Shown in pieces: positions 20,520 to 30,955 of a DNA stretch of 64,000 bases. Location of the stretch: positions 11,911 to 75,910 of the forward strand of contig CAWBOH010000005.1 of the NCBI GenBank assembly GCA_963790395.1, in the 5' to 3' direction. Every line of letters starts with the position of its first letter. The stretch's first letter is position 1. The notes beneath the pieces were generated by a model, which saw only the letters and a program-made list of their open reading frames with translations, was not told where the DNA came from and did no database searches. Source of the DNA: an uncultured Methanoregulaceae archaeon (GTDB taxonomy: Archaea; Halobacteriota; Methanomicrobia; Methanomicrobiales; Methanospirillaceae). Made by a program: the position numbers and the translations under genes.

Positions 20520-21247
20520 AAACCGATGACAAGAAAAAATTGTATTCCCGTTATATTTCGACACATTTTGGGAAAATTCACGATAACGATAATGATTTTT
20601 CACTCCATTACCGGTACTTCAGAAAAAATTATTTAAAACATTTGCCCGCTGATAAAAATGCAAAAATTGTTGATCTGGGTTGCGGAATGGGCCATTTCCT
20701 CAATTTTTTGGTAAAGGAAAAATATTGTAATTATACTGGAATTGATGCCAGTGAAGAGAATATCGATTTTTGCAGGAAGAATAATTTCAATGCTGTATTG
20801 GGCGATATATTTGAATTTTTAAAGGATACAAAAGAAACATATGATGTTATCGTCCTGAATGATATTATTGAACACCTCGAAAAATCTGAAATAATTCTCC
20901 TCCTGCAGCTGATATTCAAAGCACTGCACCATGACGGGTGTTTAATTATAAAAACACCCAACGCATCAAACCCGATAATGGCTTCGAGCAGCAGATATTA
21001 TGATTTCACTCATGAGTTAATATTCACCGAAGAAAGTATGTCACAGGTGCTTCGGATTACCGGGTTTTCACGGATATCTGTCTACCCGCAGGACCTGTAT
21101 ATTTTTTATTACAATCCTCTGAATTACCTGGCAATAGTATCTAATTTTTTATTAAACGGGATCTTCCGTGTCCTGTTTATGTTTTATGGAAGAAAAACCA
21201 CGAAAATATTTACTAAAAATTTTATCGCTGTTGCTATCAAGGATTAA
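20516..21247 (+). CDS. Class I SAM-dependent methyltransferase
   Basis: VDLGCGMG, DIIEHL, KTPN, DFTH. Confidence 0.9.
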   Translation: MKTDDKKKLYSRYISTHFGKIHDNDNDFSLHYRYFRKNYLKHLPADKNAKIVDLGCGMGHFLNFLVKEKYCNYTGIDASEENIDFCRKNNFNAVLGDIFEFLKDTKETYDVIVLNDIIEHLEKSEIILLLQLIFKALHHDGCLIIKTPNASNPIMASSSRYYDFTHELIFTEESMSQVLRITGFSRISVYPQDLYIFYYNPLNYLAIVSNFLLNGIFRVLFMFYGRKTTKIFTKNFIAVAIKD

Positions 21248-21249
21248 TT

Positions 21250-22209
21250 TTACCTTCGGATAGTTTTCCAGCCATAAATGCCGAGAATTGTAAAATAAAG
21301 TATAATTACGATATGGTAGCAAAAACCGGAAATAATTGCCTGATCCAGTGAAAGTCCCAGAGGAACAAATACCAGCGTCCAGACCGACTCAGTTGTGCCA
21401 AACCCGGCAATTCCCTGGATGGGCAGAACTGTTGTCAATAATATGAACGTCCCTCCCAAAATCACCAATAATACCGATATCCGGAAGTTCATTCCAGTCA
21501 TGAGAATGTACACAATAAAATAATTGAATCCCCAGATTAAGAGGGAAGAGGCTAAAAGAGCAGCGATACTTTTTTTCACCGGTATTATATCAAGGCTCTC
21601 AACCGTCTCGTGTCCTTTCCTGAGAAGGTAATTTACTCCACGATTAGTTTCACAATGCAGTCTCTCTGCAGTTTTTTGAACATAAAAAATAACATTTTTA
21701 CCTCTGAAAAGTAATAGCACGAGGATTATCAACAGGAAAACAGCAAAAATTGCAATAATCCAAAGTGCATCCATAATGATTTTTGGAATATCTTTTATCA
21801 GTATTATAGCGATAAAGAATAAGATAATCAATGCAATAAAATCGAAAATTCTCGCAACGATAAGTGTAGCGATACCATCTCCAACGGTTTTATTGTTACT
21901 TTTTTTAAGAAGATATACATACGATAATTCCCCGGTACGTGCTGGTAAAAGACTGTTAATTGCGTTATGTACACAGACAATCGAAAAAAGGTCTTTTGTA
22001 CTCACCTCCCTGTTGAGTAAGATGTGAAATCGCCATGCACGAAAGAAATAACTGCATATATACAGGAAGAATCCGGCAATAAGGTAAATCAGATTGATAT
22101 TCTGGAGGGTGATGATGACATCTGCCAGATCGATTTGAGTAAAGAGCAGTATGAGCAGAATAACGGTTATAAACACTGCCAATATCTTTGCCAGATGTTT
22201 AGAGATCAT
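21250..22209 (-). CDS. Flippase-like membrane protein (lysylphosphatidylglycerol synthase TM / UPF0104 family)
   Basis: RAWRF, NSLLPARTGE, RIFD, PIQGIAGFGTTE; multiple TM helices. Confidence 0.85.
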   Translation of the reverse strand: MISKHLAKILAVFITVILLILLFTQIDLADVIITLQNINLIYLIAGFFLYICSYFFRAWRFHILLNREVSTKDLFSIVCVHNAINSLLPARTGELSYVYLLKKSNNKTVGDGIATLIVARIFDFIALIILFFIAIILIKDIPKIIMDALWIIAIFAVFLLIILVLLLFRGKNVIFYVQKTAERLHCETNRGVNYLLRKGHETVESLDIIPVKKSIAALLASSLLIWGFNYFIVYILMTGMNFRISVLLVILGGTFILLTTVLPIQGIAGFGTTESVWTLVFVPLGLSLDQAIISGFCYHIVIILYFTILGIYGWKTIRR

Positions 22210-22305
22210 GATTTTCCTTATGTACAGATATTAGAATCTGAATCTAAAACAATCTTTATCTGTTTTTCTCTAGCATTACTAATATCTAATGTCTGGTTGG
22301 GGATA

Positions 22306-24543
22306 ATGAAGGAACAAAGTTACTTTCAAAACACGTTTTCATGTATTAAAAACGTATTACATCCAATTTTTCCCGGAACTGCAACAACGATTTTATTCAG
22401 ATATTCTCTGGTTATTACTGCCTATGCGGCATTTACGATCCTTCTGACATATCCCGTTGCATTCACTCTGGGGAAAAACATCCCCGGGGCAGGAGATGCC
22501 TTCCAATGGATGAATGTCCTCTGGTACACAAATTTTGCACTCTCACATCCTGAAATTACTTCCCTGGCTCATACGAATATGATCTTTTATCCGACGGGTG
22601 TACCTACAACGCCGTTTCCTTCGGCATTCAATCAGATTATTACCCTCTTCCTCTTCCCGTTTTGTCAAATTCAGGTAATTTATTCCCTGCTCTGGCTTCT
22701 TTCATTTATTCTCGCAGCTTTTGGTGCCTACCTTCTCGTCAGATACCTGACGCAGAATGATTATGCTGCATTCCTTTCAGGAATTATTTTTGCATTTACC
22801 CCCTACCATTTTATCCATGGCCTGGGACATTTAGGTGCAACGACAATTCAGTGGATCCCGTTCTGTGCTCTTTTTTTCATGAAAGTGTTCCGGGAAGGGG
22901 GGATAAAAAATTGTATTCTTGCCGGAATTTTTTATATCCTTGTGGCAATGAGCGATATGCAATACATGGTTTTCATGGGGATTTTTATTGCTGTATTATT
23001 CCTGTATGAAAATTATATTAAAATTCAGGCTAACAGGAGATTTGAATTTGAAGTCCATACATCAATTCTAATTAAATACCTGATTATCGGTGTTGTTGCA
23101 TTTTCTGTAATAGTACCGCTTACCCTGACAGATATTCTGGTTGCGTCATCAGGAAATAATTTTTTAAAACCAAACCCCATGGAGGCAGTAACCTATTCAA
23201 CGGATCTTATGAGTTTCTTTTTACCCTCAGTTCTTCACCCTGTTTTTGGGGGAGTTGTTGCACCGGTTTACCATAATTTTACCGGAAATGCTTCCGAGCA
23301 CACGACGTATATTGGTTATTCTGTTCTTTTTCTCTCGATACTTGCATTATTCATGTTCAGGAGGGACCTTACCGTCCGGTTCTGGGGAATTATTGCACTA
23401 TTTTTTTCATTGTTAAGTATGGGGCCTGTTCTTCACGTAGCAGGAAGGACTGTATTCACGGCATTTAATATTTCAATTCCACTCCCCCATCTCATTTTAT
23501 ATTATCTGATTCCTTTCCTTGAGAACAGTCGCACAACCGGCAGATTTTTTATTGTTGCGGCCCTGGCATTTTCTGTACTTGCCGGATATGGCTGCAGCGA
23601 ACTTTTGAAAAGGTATGATACAAAAAAAATTATTGTTGTCCTTCTTCTTGGTGGTTTCATTATTTTTGAATACTTAAGCATACCGTTCCCGATGTCACCT
23701 GTGGAACAACCAGCATTTTACCAAAAAATTGGTCAGGATCCCGAACAATATGCATTGCTGGAAATACCTATTACTGCAAATTATTCAGCTGGTACAAAAA
23801 TTATCTATTTCCAGACTATCCATGGTAAACCGGTTGTCGGAGGACAGGCTGCAAGAGCCCCGGAAGATGCGAGGGATTTTGAAAGAAATACTCCTTTTGT
23901 CCGTGAAATAACCTACGTTTCATCACAACAACCTCATCAGGATATTTTAATCCAGAATAATTCAGTTACCGGATTATCTGTTCTCAGGTATTACAATATC
24001 CGGTATATTATCCTCCATAAAGACTATTTATCGACTGATGACACGAACTATATCCAGTCAATCCTCCCCCAGTCAATGAACCAATCAAATCCTGTGTTCA
24101 ACGACAAATCAATACTTGCATATAATGTACCTTCCGGCGAAGTGAAGCCGTTTATGTCCCTGTCCAAGGGGTGGTATGGAATTGAGAACTGGTACGGTAC
24201 TCCTGCCCGCTGGATGAATGATAATGCAACACTCCTTATTTATGGATCGGATGAGCAACTGGTTTCATTACATTTTGATATCCGGAGTTTTCATATTCCC
24301 AGAAGCCTTGAAATTTATTCCGGGAATCAGTCAGTATCAAACATCAGTATCCCGACAAACGCTATCCCGGTTAATGTAACAATTCCGATTCATAAAGGAG
24401 AAAATATTATCTCGTTTCAGGTACCTGAAGGGGCACAACGACCGTCAGATCTGGCGGATTTGAAAAATTCTGACAGGAGAAATCTGAGTATGGCCGTGCA
24501 GAATATTGAGATATCGTTTCCTGATAAGGATAAGACAAGGTAA
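22306..24543 (+). CDS. Polytopic membrane protein, GT-C/YfhO-like glycosyltransferase with C-terminal beta-sandwich domain
   Basis: GDAFQW loop after TM1, IFYPTG, many TM helices, RTTGRF, LLEIP, QTIHGKPVVGG; start chosen at ATG 22306 to avoid overlap with divergent gene. Confidence 0.7.
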   Translation: MKEQSYFQNTFSCIKNVLHPIFPGTATTILFRYSLVITAYAAFTILLTYPVAFTLGKNIPGAGDAFQWMNVLWYTNFALSHPEITSLAHTNMIFYPTGVPTTPFPSAFNQIITLFLFPFCQIQVIYSLLWLLSFILAAFGAYLLVRYLTQNDYAAFLSGIIFAFTPYHFIHGLGHLGATTIQWIPFCALFFMKVFREGGIKNCILAGIFYILVAMSDMQYMVFMGIFIAVLFLYENYIKIQANRRFEFEVHTSILIKYLIIGVVAFSVIVPLTLTDILVASSGNNFLKPNPMEAVTYSTDLMSFFLPSVLHPVFGGVVAPVYHNFTGNASEHTTYIGYSVLFLSILALFMFRRDLTVRFWGIIALFFSLLSMGPVLHVAGRTVFTAFNISIPLPHLILYYLIPFLENSRTTGRFFIVAALAFSVLAGYGCSELLKRYDTKKIIVVLLLGGFIIFEYLSIPFPMSPVEQPAFYQKIGQDPEQYALLEIPITANYSAGTKIIYFQTIHGKPVVGGQAARAPEDARDFERNTPFVREITYVSSQQPHQDILIQNNSVTGLSVLRYYNIRYIILHKDYLSTDDTNYIQSILPQSMNQSNPVFNDKSILAYNVPSGEVKPFMSLSKGWYGIENWYGTPARWMNDNATLLIYGSDEQLVSLHFDIRSFHIPRSLEIYSGNQSVSNISIPTNAIPVNVTIPIHKGENIISFQVPEGAQRPSDLADLKNSDRRNLSMAVQNIEISFPDKDKTR

Positions 24544-24785
24544 TCGGACTAAAAAAAATCCAGAGCATCGGAATTGTCAGGGCCCACAGGGTCAATTGTA
24601 TTTTTCAATTCAGTTCAGAAAAACAGGGTGATGAGGCATCAACAAATTCCCTTAAAAGAGATTTCGTTGATTTCTGAATCAGTTACAAATTATTGCCATG
24701 AGTTATATTTTAACCAGGCATACCAGCATTTTTCAGGATTATCAATTGATTACCTCTATTGATCGAAAAATCCTGGCAAAGGTTA

Positions 24786-25595
24786 TCATCGTATTTTTTT
24801 CAATAAAATATTCATCCCTCTGAACAGAAGATCTTCTTTTGGGTAAATTTTCTGAAGATTTTCAAAATTTTCATGATCTGTATGAGTGTCATTTACGCAA
24901 CCGGACCATTCATTGGACACTATTTTCTCAAACAATCGTAATTTTTCATCAGTAAATATTTCAAAAAGTTTTATGAAATAACTTCTCCGTTTTCTGTTAA
25001 GTCCTGATTTGAAATCACTAATTATCTCTTCTGAACAATTTGCATGACGGAGTTTTTGAATATACTCTTCTTTTGAATGCACAAGATGTCCCCAGGGTTC
25101 CGGAATAAAATCAAACATGTGAGAACCTGTATCACAATAATATAAAGGATCAAATTGAATGAAAGCAAATCCCCCGGGTTTTAATACACGCCAGAGTTCA
25201 ATTAATGCATTACTGGGATCCCGAATATGTTCAAATGCATTAATGCAGTAAACAAAATCAAATAATTCATCCTTAAAAAGAAGGTTCTCAGCATCCATTC
25301 GGATGAACTGGCATTTTGTGTTATCAAATGGTTCATTATTATCCCGAAAAATTTCCTGCAACTTTCCTTTGAAATTCCCTCCCCATAATGTTTCATAATC
25401 CAGAATATCGACCCCAATTACAGTCGCCCCGGCCCCCACGAGAAATCCGGTATGTAATCCGGTTCCTGAACAGAGATTAAGGGTTATTTTATTCTCTAAC
25501 AGAGTATGGATTCTGATGATCTCATATGTCCGAAAAAACTCTTCTTTATGATGTAAAAAATCATCCGTTATCGCGTAATTTTTTAAATTAACCAT
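24786..25595 (-). CDS. Class I SAM-dependent methyltransferase
   Basis: LNLCSGTG, MDAENL, NAFEHI, RVLKPGG; start MVNLK coupled to upstream GT. Confidence 0.88.
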   Translation of the reverse strand: MVNLKNYAITDDFLHHKEEFFRTYEIIRIHTLLENKITLNLCSGTGLHTGFLVGAGATVIGVDILDYETLWGGNFKGKLQEIFRDNNEPFDNTKCQFIRMDAENLLFKDELFDFVYCINAFEHIRDPSNALIELWRVLKPGGFAFIQFDPLYYCDTGSHMFDFIPEPWGHLVHSKEEYIQKLRHANCSEEIISDFKSGLNRKRRSYFIKLFEIFTDEKLRLFEKIVSNEWSGCVNDTHTDHENFENLQKIYPKEDLLFRGMNILLKKIR

Positions 25596-27309
25596 TATAC
25601 TTCCTCGTAATAAGGTTATTATAACATTTGAAAACCCGGTCTGCAATTTTGTCCCATGTATAATTTTTTATTACCTTCTGGTACCCTCTCTCTCCGAATT
25701 CAACAGAGGTTTTTTTATCAAGTAATCGGGATATCGCGTTATTTAACTCTCTTTTATCGGAACATAATAGTCCATCTGTTTCATCTTCGATTAATGTTGC
25801 CACAGGGCCGCAATTTCTATTGCCAATTACCGGTTTTTTTCGTGACCAGGCTTCACAGAACACCATACCGAAACTCTCGCTTTCTGACATCATTGCAAAG
25901 ACATCACATGCATCATAAGCATCAGCAAGATCTTCATCTTCAAGTTTACCTAAATATAACACTAATTTGGACCGAATCGGAATTTTATCATCATCAGGAC
26001 CAATCATCACAAGGATCGCATCGGGATGATCTGTATGCAATTCTTCAATTGCCTGTATAAGATAATCATAATGTTTGATGGGGGATTTTCGGGACACTGT
26101 TAAAATTATTTTTTTATCCATAAGATGATATTTTTCCCGGAATCTGGATCCATTGATATTTTTATTTAAAAAAGTCTCTGTGTCAATTCCTGCACCAATG
26201 GTAACGCAGTTAGAACCCAGGGTATCATACACTTCTTTTTTTGAATATGATGTGAGTGCAAAAAAGCAATCAGCGGATTTGAGCATATCGTAATAATGAT
26301 TCCAGTGATAAAATTCATCATCGACATGCATGAGAGGAAGCAGTATGAGAGGTTTTTGGAATTTTTTTGCCACCAGTGAATATTTTATCGTGTTGAATGG
26401 AAACATCTGTGCCAACACGATATCATACTCTGATAGGTGTTTTTCCAGCCACCGCTGCATATCAGGCGATCGTGGTCCCCGAAGATAATCAAACATCCAG
26501 GAATAATATTCCGGACGATCACGAGCCCATCGCATCAGAAAAGGAATATATATTTTTTGTTTATTCAGAAAAAACCGATAATCGTGTTCCAGATCGATCG
26601 TTCTCTCTCCGGATCGGGTTTCATATCTGATATCAGATACAGCAACCCCCAGTGATCTGAAATCTTTTAACGGATGCCATACTTTCCTGCAATGAATTTT
26701 TACCGTAACCAGACCTGAAACATCTGGTAACTGAAAAGATATGGGATCTCTTTGAGATATAGTCCGGACATTTCGGGACTCTAAATGGCCATTTGCTGAT
26801 ACCTCAATAAGAGTGGAAATCTTACCGGGATTATCCAATGAAAAGCTGATTTTTGAAATATTTACATCATTGACTATAAATGCGGCATCGGACTTGGTCC
26901 ATCGCATGAAAGAGTCCCCGTGATATTCAAGATGATTCCACCCATCTGCGAGCATACCTCCTTTTTCGACAAATAAATTTTTGAAGATTTTTCTTATTTC
27001 AGACGATGATTCCCGTTCTTCCCGGTCACGTTGCCTTTGGATAAGTTTTTCAAAAATGAATGAAATGTACCGGTTCTGAGGTTTAACCGGAAATCTATAT
27101 ACCCGGATACTGTTAATTGTTTCATTTCCGAGAGTATTATCAAATTCGGTCCCGGATTTTATAAACGGTGTTAATGTATGAGTCTGTGTGGTGCAGATAT
27201 CGATATCAACACCGCGCTTTTTAAGTTCTTCTGAAAGATGCCGGAAATAAAGTTCAGCCCCCCCATAAACGTCTTTTCCGTATCTAAAGGTAATGTGCAA
27301 CGCTTTCAT
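25588..27309 (-). CDS. GT4 glycosyltransferase with inserted ~110-aa domain
   Basis: YGGAE, ESFGMVFCEAW; insertion GWNHLE...RWT...DFRSLGVAV. Confidence 0.88.
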   Translation of the reverse strand: MKALHITFRYGKDVYGGAELYFRHLSEELKKRGVDIDICTTQTHTLTPFIKSGTEFDNTLGNETINSIRVYRFPVKPQNRYISFIFEKLIQRQRDREERESSSEIRKIFKNLFVEKGGMLADGWNHLEYHGDSFMRWTKSDAAFIVNDVNISKISFSLDNPGKISTLIEVSANGHLESRNVRTISQRDPISFQLPDVSGLVTVKIHCRKVWHPLKDFRSLGVAVSDIRYETRSGERTIDLEHDYRFFLNKQKIYIPFLMRWARDRPEYYSWMFDYLRGPRSPDMQRWLEKHLSEYDIVLAQMFPFNTIKYSLVAKKFQKPLILLPLMHVDDEFYHWNHYYDMLKSADCFFALTSYSKKEVYDTLGSNCVTIGAGIDTETFLNKNINGSRFREKYHLMDKKIILTVSRKSPIKHYDYLIQAIEELHTDHPDAILVMIGPDDDKIPIRSKLVLYLGKLEDEDLADAYDACDVFAMMSESESFGMVFCEAWSRKKPVIGNRNCGPVATLIEDETDGLLCSDKRELNNAISRLLDKKTSVEFGERGYQKVIKNYTWDKIADRVFKCYNNLITRKYNG

Positions 27310-27343
27310 TATTTCTAAATAATATTAAACGAATAGTGTATTA

Positions 27344-28960
27344 ATGCGTCCTATCCTTGCATTATGCTTTCATCCGGCATTTACTCCACCAAAAAGTGGG
27401 GGTGAGGAAAGACTCTTTTATGTTTTAACGGGACTCTCGAAATATACTGATGTAACGCTGGTGAGTTTCACCCATCCTAATAAAAATAATACCATTGAAA
27501 CGGTGAATCACGCAGAACATTTTAAAGAAATCAGGATTCCGAAGACAAATATTTCTTCGTTCCTTCACTATTTTGTGAATAAATATTCCACAATTAATGA
27601 ATGCTCTGCTGTGATTACGTCCATTGAAAGCAGATTTAATAAAAATTTTAAAAATAGCATAATAAGTGAATTACAAAAATCGGATATTGTCCTCTATGAA
27701 TCTCCTTTCCTGTATACAACACCCGACAGGTTTCTCAAGGGAAAAAAAATTGTGTACAATGCTTATAACAATGAGTTCGAATTGATGAAACCTGTTTTTT
27801 CGAATTCTTTTCTCGGAAAATTTTTCATAAAATATGTACATTCTATAGAAAAAAAACTCACAAAACAATGTGATATGATATTTGTTGTCTCAGAGGAGGA
27901 TGAAAACAGCCTGAAAAATACTTACCACCTTAATCCCGAAAAATTTTGTCTTGCACCCAATGGAATACCTGTTGCAAGGTATAATCCAATTTTTTTCAAC
28001 CGAACCGGATGTAAAAATCCTCCCATATGCCTGTTTATCGGAAGTTACCATCCCCCAAATATTGAAGCTGTCACCCGGATTGTCAAAATGTCAGCGCAAC
28101 TACCAGAAATTGTTTTTATCATTGCAGGAAATGTTTCACAGTATTTTACTAACCAGGATGGATTAACAGAACCCGGCGGATTAAACGAATTTCCTTTATT
28201 GGGAACATTAAAAGACATCTGTCTCAGGGACGGTTTTTATAATCCTGAACAATGGGATACTACTCCCATAATCTGGGCAAAACCTGAGTCAAATCTCTCA
28301 ATATCGGAGGAAGTTGAAAATCTTTCGATAAAACTGTTTTCACCTCACATTCAGACAATTTGTGTATCCGGAACGTCAACACATCAGGTTTTTTCTCTGG
28401 TCATAGGCTGGAACACTCTTAAAATTCCAATCTCCCCTCATGAGGAAACGATGCTTTCACTCACGTGTGAAAAGGACCTCTGCGAATCCGGCAGAACATT
28501 AGGAGTTGCAATTAATTCGATTGAATATTCAAAAAAAGGAGAAAATATTAGCGTTGATTTAAATAATTCCCGGAACCGTGTCTCAACTTTTATCAGCTCA
28601 AAAAATGTGTATTTATTCGGCCAGATCAGTGAAGAAGAAAAAAGGGAGATTTTTAAAATTTCAGATATCGCTTTAAATCCGATGCTGAGCGGTTCGGGAA
28701 CAAATATCAAGGTGCTTGGATACCTTTCAGCGGGAATCCCTACTATTACAACACCCACGGGAGCACGCGGTCTGGATTTAATCGATGAGAAACATGCATT
28801 GATTTGTGAAATTTCAGATTTTCCTCAAAAAATCCACGACCTGCTATCAGATGATCAGCTGGCAGAGTCTTTGAAAAAAAACGGGCGTAAACTTGTTGAA
28901 GAGCGATTTGATTGGGATTCTATTGTGAAAAATATGTCAGAAAAAATTGCGGGAATCTGA
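27344..28960 (+). CDS. GT4-fold glycosyltransferase with inserted domain
   Basis: PPKSGGEER, FIGSYHPPN, NPMLSGSGTNIKVLGY. Confidence 0.88.
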   Translation: MRPILALCFHPAFTPPKSGGEERLFYVLTGLSKYTDVTLVSFTHPNKNNTIETVNHAEHFKEIRIPKTNISSFLHYFVNKYSTINECSAVITSIESRFNKNFKNSIISELQKSDIVLYESPFLYTTPDRFLKGKKIVYNAYNNEFELMKPVFSNSFLGKFFIKYVHSIEKKLTKQCDMIFVVSEEDENSLKNTYHLNPEKFCLAPNGIPVARYNPIFFNRTGCKNPPICLFIGSYHPPNIEAVTRIVKMSAQLPEIVFIIAGNVSQYFTNQDGLTEPGGLNEFPLLGTLKDICLRDGFYNPEQWDTTPIIWAKPESNLSISEEVENLSIKLFSPHIQTICVSGTSTHQVFSLVIGWNTLKIPISPHEETMLSLTCEKDLCESGRTLGVAINSIEYSKKGENISVDLNNSRNRVSTFISSKNVYLFGQISEEEKREIFKISDIALNPMLSGSGTNIKVLGYLSAGIPTITTPTGARGLDLIDEKHALICEISDFPQKIHDLLSDDQLAESLKKNGRKLVEERFDWDSIVKNMSEKIAGI

Positions 28961-28961
28961 T

Positions 28962-30155
28962 ATGAAAAAAATTCTTGTAGTAAATGATTTTCCCATTTTC
29001 CCGGTTGTTCATGGCGGAAAAGTCAGGATATTCAATATTTATAAAAACATCTCATCAAAATTCCAGGTAACCTACCTCTGTCTTGGAGATAATCTGAAAA
29101 TTCAGGATAAAAGGATATCAGACAACTTTCATGAAATTTCAGTTCCAAAAACCATATTCTATAAGATAATTATTTTGATTGCAAATATGTTGACACATTC
29201 TTCAGTTGACGATTTTATTGCATTATTTTTTGCATCTTCCAATTCACAATTAAAAAAAATAATTAAAAAAGAAATTGCAGAAAGTGATATTGTAATTTTT
29301 TGCCATCCTTATATGTATCCTGCTGTGAAACCGTATCTCCAGAATAAATCAGTAATTTATGAGGCTCTAAATGTTGAATATGCTCTAAAAAAAGATATTC
29401 TCCCGAATGGGCCGTTAAAAAACGTAATGCTTCAGAGATTAAAAGAACAGAGTCAGGATCTCTTTCAACGGTGCAATCTGTGTTTTGCCATGTCTGAAGA
29501 CGATAAAAAGACGTTTTCCCGGTTTTATGACGTGAACCTCTCAAAAATCTGTATTGCTCCCAATGGTGTGGAAATAGATTTTTATAACGATATATTCCGG
29601 ACAAGAACGTACAGGCGAGATAAGGTTATACCTGTCCCGTTGATCCTTTTTTTAGGAAGTGGTCATCCTCCAAACGTTAAAGCAGCATTTCAGATAATCC
29701 GGAATATCGCTCCAAAACTACCGCATATGTATTTTCTCATTGCCGGAAGCGTATGCTGGATGATTCGGAACGAAAAACGAGGGAAAAATGTCGGTCTTGC
29801 TTATTTAATCACCGATGAAGAAAAACGTGAATTGTTCAGGGTTGCAGATATTGCCATAAATCCCATGATGAGCGGTTCCGGTACAAATCTGAAAATGCTG
29901 GATTATATGGCTGCAGGAATTCCTGTTATTTCAACAACGGTTGGCGCACGGGGAATTAATATTCAGAATCGTGTTCATGCAATCATATGCGATATTGAAG
30001 CATTTCCCGATGAAATTTCTCATCTGATTGATAACCTTGATGTGTCGGAAGCCTTGTCAGTCAATGGGCGAAACCTGGCCCGGGATCAGTATGACTGGAA
30101 GAAAATTGCTGATTCGATGATCACTTCAATTGCGGATATCAGTGATAAAAAATAA
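28962..30155 (+). CDS. GT4-fold glycosyltransferase, paralogue of the preceding gene
   Basis: PVVHGGKVR, FLGSGHPPN, NPMMSGSGTNLKMLDY. Confidence 0.9.
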   Translation: MKKILVVNDFPIFPVVHGGKVRIFNIYKNISSKFQVTYLCLGDNLKIQDKRISDNFHEISVPKTIFYKIIILIANMLTHSSVDDFIALFFASSNSQLKKIIKKEIAESDIVIFCHPYMYPAVKPYLQNKSVIYEALNVEYALKKDILPNGPLKNVMLQRLKEQSQDLFQRCNLCFAMSEDDKKTFSRFYDVNLSKICIAPNGVEIDFYNDIFRTRTYRRDKVIPVPLILFLGSGHPPNVKAAFQIIRNIAPKLPHMYFLIAGSVCWMIRNEKRGKNVGLAYLITDEEKRELFRVADIAINPMMSGSGTNLKMLDYMAAGIPVISTTVGARGINIQNRVHAIICDIEAFPDEISHLIDNLDVSEALSVNGRNLARDQYDWKKIADSMITSIADISDKK

Positions 30156-30159
30156 AAAG

Positions 30160-30948
30160 CTATTTTTTGGTAAATACCGCTGCGTACTCACAATATAATC
30201 CACAACCAATTTCATTAAGATTGCGAACATGGAAAATTTCCACATTCCAAATATCCGGATTAATTAACCTTTTTTTAAATTGCTCAACTGAATATACTCT
30301 GCAATGTCTGTTTCCATATCCTGCTTTAAAATAAACAGGGACATTCTCTTCAAATTGAATTGAGGTATTTTCTTTATTATACACATCCAAATCCGTAACC
30401 AAATGATATATTTCCCCAAAATAGAGTGGCAGAATACAGATTTTCCCTTGAGACTGAATAACCCGTGAGGCCTCTTTTATAAATTCAATATCATCTGTAT
30501 ATTCAAAGTGCTCAATACTGCATTGCAGAGTCATTTTGGAAAAATAATTATCTCTGAATGGCAGATTCGCCGCCCGCCCTCCAACAATGGGGACTGAACT
30601 ATCAGCTGATGTTGTAATCCCTTTTGGATATATGAGGTCCTGTTTATAGGACTCAATCCCTTTCTTCTGGATAAATTCAGAATAATGGGAATGACTTGCA
30701 GCGATATCTATAAAACGATCGTTCGATGAAAAATCCAGTAAGACTGTGGATAGATAATGTTCTAATAATTTTTCAGGTAAATAATTCCCAAAAAGGTTTG
30801 CATAAGATTCCGGATAACCAACAGAATCACAAAATTTTTTAAAATCGCTCAAATCGATGAGAATATCATGGACCTGAAAATTATTTTTAAGTTCATCCAG
30901 AATAATATCCGGATTGCTTTGAGGTTCCTCCTGGTTCATCAGCATCAT
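30160..30948 (-). CDS. Putative SAM-dependent methyltransferase (divergent)
   Basis: FIDIAASHS, NLPFRDNYF, CSIEHFE, EASRVI. Confidence 0.7.
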   Translation of the reverse strand: MMLMNQEEPQSNPDIILDELKNNFQVHDILIDLSDFKKFCDSVGYPESYANLFGNYLPEKLLEHYLSTVLLDFSSNDRFIDIAASHSHYSEFIQKKGIESYKQDLIYPKGITTSADSSVPIVGGRAANLPFRDNYFSKMTLQCSIEHFEYTDDIEFIKEASRVIQSQGKICILPLYFGEIYHLVTDLDVYNKENTSIQFEENVPVYFKAGYGNRHCRVYSVEQFKKRLINPDIWNVEIFHVRNLNEIGCGLYCEYAAVFTKK

Positions 30949-30955
30949 GAAAGTG

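Noticed and set aside
22024-22305. 94-aa N-terminal extension of the membrane protein in the ORF track
   Set aside because: It overlaps the divergent flippase-like gene; ATG 22306 after a GGGG element is the more plausible start
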